64,000 bases of DNA, taken from the NCBI RefSeq assembly GCF_009914755.1, contig NC_060929.1, one strand, 5' to 3'. The first letter of the stretch is position 1. Each line of letters begins with the position of its first letter. Source of the DNA: the human T2T-CHM13v2.0 reference genome, Homo sapiens. Positions 56,313-64,000 of this stretch are shown here, in pieces. Position numbers and translations under genes: made by a program. The notes beneath the pieces were generated by a model. That model had not been told where the DNA came from and did not search any database. It was given only the letters and a program-made list of their open reading frames with translations.

Positions 56313-59286
56313 GTGTGTGTATCAACCTAAAAATAGTATGATACCTTTTATTTCCCCTAAATTTCTTTTTTCTCCTACTTGCCCAAGACATTTTGGCCTG
56401 TTAGCTCCTTTTTCTTACACAATGCCCAGCAGCCTGGCCTTTCTACGCTTCTTCCCAAAATGCCTCTCTGACGTTGTTCTCTATTACGTGGCTCTAACCC
56501 AGTTTCTGCCTTCCAAATTGCACAACCATAAGTTCATTTCTCTTTCTTTCTTGGAAGAAATACATTGATTCAGGTCTTTTTTTGCACATACTTTATTACA
56601 TGCACTTTAATTGAAAAAATATTCATGTCCATTTTAAGAAAATGCCTGCCTGAAAAAAGAAAACCCTGAACAAAATACTTTGTTCTGTTTTTTTTTTCAT
56701 AGAAATGAAATAAATGGAAGGAAAAAGAGTCCCAGATGTTTGTAGAGAGCATGTATAATTACACTGAGTATAAATGAGAAAATTCTAGCAGATACGTACA
56801 TTGACTTCTGAAAAGATAAAGAGGCTTCTGTTTTCTTTATAAGTAAGTATTGAAAGACATTCATTTCCGGATAGCAATATCATATTATCACAAAGAATAG
56901 CCTCAAACACACATACTTAAACATTAAGATTAATATGATATTACTAAAAGACAGCATACCCACATATCCCCAATATGTTTTTTACATTAGGAAAGATAAT
57001 TCACAGAAAACACATCTAACACACACCTGACAGACTCACACAAACCAAGCACACATACCCACAGATATAAACATGAATATGCACACACATTCTCTATATC
57101 TATACAAATATTTTCTTTAAATGGCACTACATGTTCTATACTCACTAACTTTTTTTTTCTATCATTCCCACTTATTTTTAGATAACATCTATACTTCTCT
57201 GCAATATTTTCCTCTTACAGAGTGACTCACAGGATTGACTGTGGTGTTCTGTCCCTGGCTTCAGTTCCTGAGTCTGGCAGGTTATTTAAGGCAGCATTAT
57301 TTATCTACCAACCAAAGTCTTCTCACAGTGTAGCTGCATCTTTCATGCCAAAGGCATGGGCTCTCCTCAGGCGAAGTTCATGAGGGTGGCCTGAGCTATT
57401 ATTTGTAGGTGGTATTTGTTCATTTTATTTTTGTTACATCAAAAAGTAGATTGAAACCAAGGTTTTGTTTTTTGTTTAAACATTTATGTGCTTTTATCCA
57501 AGTATACAAGTATATTCCCTACTTTTTCCAAGGAAGCAATGTTGTAGCCAGCAACAAATGTATACATAAAATTTTAACCATCTGTTATTCCTTTAACTAA
57601 ACAATATCAAGATTAAAGAGACTACCAGTATTTTACAGGAATACAAGAATAAGCCTACTGTTAACAGAATAAAAAGCGTGTGCACATTTACACAAGGATA
57701 GCACTCATTTTTCTTCAACTTTTAGCAAACTGGTGAGGAAGAAAACAAACACTTTCTAAATGTTAAAAATTAAATTAAATTAAATCAGATTCACTAGAAA
57801 TATGAGGTGTTTACATTGGACTTTGTGTTGCTTTTCACCATTTCAGACATGAGACATGTTCCTGTATGTGGCTTTATTCAAGCCGTTCTTTCCATTTGCT
57901 ATATGTAATTATATATTGGTCATATTCATTTTGTAGAATTTCTTATAAATGTATTGCTAAGAATCAATCTTTCCAAAAGCAAGCATCCATTATTCATCTT
58001 CCAACCTGTCTTTAAGCACAGAGCTATGGCAGATAATTACCCTCTATCAATATATTATACAAAGAGAAGGCTACTGTTTACATGCATCAGCTGTGCTGTG
58101 CTCTCTTGAACTTATGCTTTTTTTAGGGGGTGCTACAGTTAGGCAGTGGAACAATGCAAGCTTCCAGTTTGACCAAAACATTTTAAAGAGAAAAAGTGTG
58201 ATTTATGAAGTAGCTACTAAGAATGTGCCATCCAGTTATAGCCAAAATATAAAGTAGTATTTGTATTCCACAAAGGAATCTGTGATTAGGCAATTCCTGT
58301 AACTGATGTTTATTTTGCCACTTAATTCTGAGACAAACTGTTACCTCTCAAATGAATGCTGATGGAAATAAACCAAATGTGCTTTTTATTATATCTATTA
58401 ATAGTTGAGTTCTACACAAGGTGATTTAAAAATTTGTTTCCTTTCTAAATTGTAAGTGTAGATGAAATTTATAGAATCAGTATTGTGGGACATATGTAAA
58501 GTTGCTTTGTCACTAAATATTTAGTGGACATGGATACTGGCATACTGGACTTCTTACCATAGGCAATTTCTGATGTCCTAAGGAATGCTAATCAATTTAT
58601 GAACCAGATGTTACTTCCACATATGGCTTAGAAAGGCTGTAATCTCTATGATTGAAGACCATGAGGCTCTTCTGATTTTCAAGATAGGGTTTTTTAATGA
58701 ATTTATCTTTATGGACACATTAAATTATGTATGCATGAGGCTCCTTCAACACATTTTTTCACAGAGAGCATGTTAAAGATTTTAGTGTAGCTTCAGCTTC
58801 CTAAAAAACTGCCAATAATACAATTATGGTAAAATTACCCTACAATCGTAATTGCTTCTTTAAAACATCACGTGTAAAATGAAAATTGTTTTAATGGGTA
58901 ATACATACCATTAAGATCTCATTTTTGGAATCTATACTCAGTAAAGCCCATTTGCCAATATTGTTTGGTTCATATAAATTTTATTTTGAAGAAATGTTTT
59001 TAACTTAAATAAATTTTTCTTTCATTATAATTATATGAGAAATCCTATCAATATGAATAAACTCTAAAGATAAAAATTTAAATAAAAATAAAGACCAAAC
59101 ACTGACTTCTGATATCACCTTTATTATATCTCTTATTGACTTGGTATTCTGAGTTGTGTTGTGGTAATAGTAGTGGTGCTAAGAGAAGCTCTTACTTCAG
59201 TTAAAATATGACCTGTGATCCATTCAAAATACACATATTTATACTTTATCTGAGCAGATTTTATCTAAAAAGTAGCATATGAAAAA

Positions 59287-59640
59287 CAGGTCCATTACTC
59301 ATATCTACAAGACTTGTGACAAAAGTACAAATGGAGGCCCACATTTCAAATGTCTAAATACTTAAAATTTACAAGACTAGCCAACAAACTACTACATAAA
59401 ATATGTTTTATCTTTCTCCCTCAACGAAAATACTTTTGTATTGACAGAATAAAAAATATGTGTAAAAGCTCTGGTTTTTATATGACTAAAAGTCAGCAAA
59501 ATGCCAAAGGTGACTGTATTTAAGTATTATTTTACATGTTGATGCTCCAATAATTTTAATACCAAAATATAATCCTGTAAAATTTATAGATTATCATATA
59601 AACATATATTTCATAAAATTTATTTTTCTTGGCTTGATTG
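59287..59640. mobile_element. hAT-Tip100 (Zaphod/MER115-like) fragment
   Basis: gtacaaatggaggcccacatttcaaatgtctaaatacttaaaa...aacaaactactacataaaatatgtt matches my recalled consensus. Confidence 0.55.
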
Positions 59641-60030
59641 GAGTCCACCATTAAGTATGAAGCGATCATTCAATCTACTTTCCATAATTGTCTCCACTTT
59701 CTCTATCAACCTTTCTGGTATCCCCAAGGTCAAAACACTTTTCATCAACTTCTCCAGAAATAATCAACTTTCTTCCAGAATCCTTTTGGAGTCCAAGAAG
59801 AGTTAGAATGTTCCAGGTTTAAGACTTTAAAAGTCCTCACTTTTGAACTCTGCTGTAGTTACTTGCCTCCAGAGGTATCTGTTGTCTCCAATTACTGAGT
59901 AAGTCCAAGGTTCTTAATAAACATAGACCAACGTGGTCTTACCTCTTGATATGAAATAGTTTTATTTTTGTTAATTTCAAGTAATCTGTAATTTGTTTTG
60001 ATTTCCTCTTTGATGGATGAATTATTTTGA

Positions 60031-60353
<323 letters not shown>

Positions 60354-60555
60354 TAATTGTATAATTTTTAAATAGTTATACATGGAAGCAAACATTAGGA
60401 ATAAGGTGAGTGTGAAAGTAGTGGAAAGACACGGAGACCTCTGTTTTTGAGGTCTCTTTGGATGAGAGCAGAGGAGAGGCCATTCTCTCCCAACCACATG
60501 ACCTGGGAGAAATTTTGCTCATCAGAGCTGCTGATGCCCAGTTGGATCCAGTGGC

Positions 60556-60599
60556 CTTCCAAAAGTCTCCAAAAAGTCTTCCAAAAGTCTTCCAAAATG
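60556..60599. repeat. 11-bp tandem repeat x4 (CTTCCAAAAGT)
   Basis: cttccaaaagt ctccaaaaagt cttccaaaagt cttccaaaatg. Confidence 0.9.
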
Positions 60600-62419
60600 G
60601 CTAAATTCAGGAGAGAGGCAAGTACTTTAATTCTCTATAGACATTAGGTGTTCTCTGGTCTGCACAGGCTGGGAATTTGCAATATTTTGCCTCAAAATCT
60701 AATTCATATTTCTTATTTCTCTAAGATAAAATATGGCAGCTGTACCCTGGAGAGATTTTGTCTTCAGAACAACAGATATCGTCTCTAGAATTTATCAAAA
60801 AGATCATTTTAGTTGTGTGGTACTGCAGTAAAGGATGGGAGAAAAAAGATCAATGATAATGTATGATCATACTGCTATAGAAAGTGTCAAATGAAATGCA
60901 CAGGTGTGTTCAAAATTTAAAAATATACTATAGTTTAATTTTTTTATGAAGTCCAGTAGACAAAATAAATAAAAAATGATATGTTAGCAAACTTGCCATT
61001 GAAAATTCCTTGGGAAAGCACTATGTTGGTGACATACAGTCTTTTAATAACTCCAGCAAAACTAGTTGATGTTTCCCCATTGGGAGAACACATTAACGTT
61101 CTTTGGTTTTGTTTTGGTTAAAAACATGTTGAAGTCATTTGGCTACTATTTGGGGTCACGTTGTAAAATATACACCTTTAACCAACAGGATTATGCTAAA
61201 CACAGGAAGATGCTCATGCTGAAATGCACAAGGGGATGAAGACTCATTTGGAAGATAGCAAATTTGTGTCTCCCATCTCATGCCTAAGCTTATGCAAAAA
61301 GGGAGTGATTTTTCCAACTATTTAAATTGATATTTTAGTCCCATTCACATCTTTTTGAAATGCAGTGTTGAGTTAGTACAAGTGAAATGTGTGTTCAGCT
61401 TGATGCCAGTTTGCTTCCTATGTTTTAAGTTAGATTTTGAAAAATTCTACCAACTTGCATGTAATTGAAGAATCCCACACTTACGGTGTGTCATAATGAA
61501 ACACACTGGAAATTCATGTTTGATAAGAATAAAATTTCATTATTCTTGATATTTTGGGAAGACTTGAATCAATTTGTTTTCTTTTTTTTAAAAGTCAGTA
61601 CATATAAAATGTGTCACTTCTTATTTTTATTATAATTAACTGAATACAATGAGATTTGCTTTAATCTTAATAATTTATTTATACATTAGTTAATTAGTTT
61701 AGACAAATTAGTTAAAAATTTGTCTAAATGAATTTGATATTTGCTTTTGGAACAAATCCATAGAGATTATGCTTAACATTTAAAGAAAACAGTTACTGCC
61801 AAACTCAAGCAAGTGCAAGTTGTGATTCAGATTACTAACAGATGTTGAGTAGCAAAAATATATTTTCTATATGTGTGTGTACATGCATATCTGCGATTTT
61901 AAAATTTAAAAAATAATTTAATCTCGTTTCCCAACTTCCCCATGCACAATGCTCATAGTTATAACTTTCTGGAAGGGACTGAACCTTAATTGTAAAGTGC
62001 CAGTGCAATTCATGCTAAATATGTCCTTTCTAAATGTATCTATGCATTAAGCGGGTTTAACATTATAATACCACTAGCATCAATGATAACTCATAATTGA
62101 ATATTAATGCTGAGAGTAAAGATGCAAAGCTCTTCTACATAATGAAATGTAGAGTAAAATAAAACATGTGGACTGAGCAGAGCAAAATAATGTTCTTCAA
62201 AAACAGTATTTATCATCATCTACAAAGCTGAGTAATTAAAAGTTGAGGTTGCAAGCAGCCAGGATCCTTAACTCTCTGACTATAGAGAAAAAGAAGAGAT
62301 CATTATTGCTGTGAATATCAACACAAGAGTAAGTGCCCATTATAAATTCTTTCAGTGCTGCAAACTTAATAACATGCTATATGGTATATCATTTAGTCAT
62401 ATAATTGTCTTGCTTAAAG

Positions 62420-62905
<486 letters not shown>

Positions 62906-63759
62906 TTAGGACTGTACATATAGTAAGGACAGAGTTTTGTCAACAGGGAGTAATGGTTATGTTGCTTATGTCTTATAATATGGTGATAAATAAAGATTTT
63001 GTGAGGAGCAAATGGAAAAATTTATTTTAATGCTTAGCGTGGTGATTGGCACATGCTAAGTGCTGCATAAATATTTTTTGTCATTGTTTATGATTGTTGT
63101 TTTCTCTTTAGAACATGCTAAAAAATAAGCTGCGAGCCTTTGAAAATAGCTTATCTCAATAGAAGGCCTGAAATTAAGATTTTAGATACTCTCTGATTTC
63201 CTACCCCTTGAGATTTCCTATTAATCTATGTAATTTAAACTATCAGTAAACAGACAATTATGTGAACAACTCAGTCTTATCAGTCAAATGTGTTGAACTA
63301 GTCATTAGAATTAAAACAATCTAGACTGATATTATGAATTAGTATTATTACAACACAAATGAAGGACAATATGCATGTTTAATATACTGGAATCCCTCTG
63401 TTTCCTTTCACCTGCTGTATATATTTTGTCATGAAGTTTCAATGGTTCTGTTTTCTCCATTCTTGTTAATACTGTTGTAGACCACATGCTGGGCTAACTC
63501 AGCAAATGTTGTAGCTGGCTCATCTGTTTCAAACTCCTTCCATCTCTTTTTAGTCTATTTAATATTTTGCTGCAAGTCTTGTCCAAAGAAATGAGTCAAT
63601 GGTGAGTCCCTAATGCTTGTTCTGGCATTCAAATTTTGCCATCCCCTGCACTTTATTAGCTTTCATTATACTTTACTACTTATTTCTCAAACTGATAACT
63701 TCTACTCCCTCAGGCTTTCACCTTTCTGTCTCCCAAATACAGCAGGTACCTTTTTAATG

Positions 63760-63975
63760 TTTTGATCTTTAGTTATACTCTTTATCCTGCCTGGAATGTT
63801 CCTTAACCATGCTTTCCTTAGTGTTGATTGTCTGGCATTTGGTTCTATATTGATTACACTGATACTGCTTTTTCTGTTTCATAACTCCCACAAATTTATG
63901 AGCCCCTTACTGACCCAGCAACGTGAAAGCAGCAGAGACTAAGCTCTTAACCAATGTTGTTTAATTTGCTTATTG
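63760..63975 (+). mobile_element. L2 3' fragment
   Basis: cctgcctggaatgttcctt ... ctcttaaccaatgttgtttaatt. Confidence 0.5.
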
Positions 63976-64000
63976 GAAATAAGATGGAAATTTTAGGTAT

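Overview
Non-coding, repeat-dense primate (ape/human-like) genomic DNA. I see no convincing cellular protein-coding exon, RNA gene or CRISPR array. Nearly all ORFs in the track are Alu, L1 or LTR open frames. Most of the window is layered transposons: ancient L2/MIR/L1M/DNA-transposon fossils, many solo LTRs (LTR12, LTR9, MER50, LTR1B, MER67, MER39, MER31, THE1C, MST, MLT1, LTR16), a full-length THE1A, about 16 Alus, and a full-length inactivated L1PA3 at 15419-22124. The most notable structures are: (1) a 5'-truncated L1PA2-like element inserted antisense into that L1, forming a ~535-bp inverted repeat with a 96-nt spacer; (2) a TSD-flanked, 3'UTR-only mRNA retrocopy at 11646-12430; (3) a ~115-bp local duplicate that preserves the empty pre-integration site of the MER50 LTR; (4) several micro-scale fold-back or templated-insertion scars. 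Subfamily names come from recalled consensus sequences and need RepeatMasker/Dfam confirmation. TSDs and inverted repeats were read directly from the sequence.
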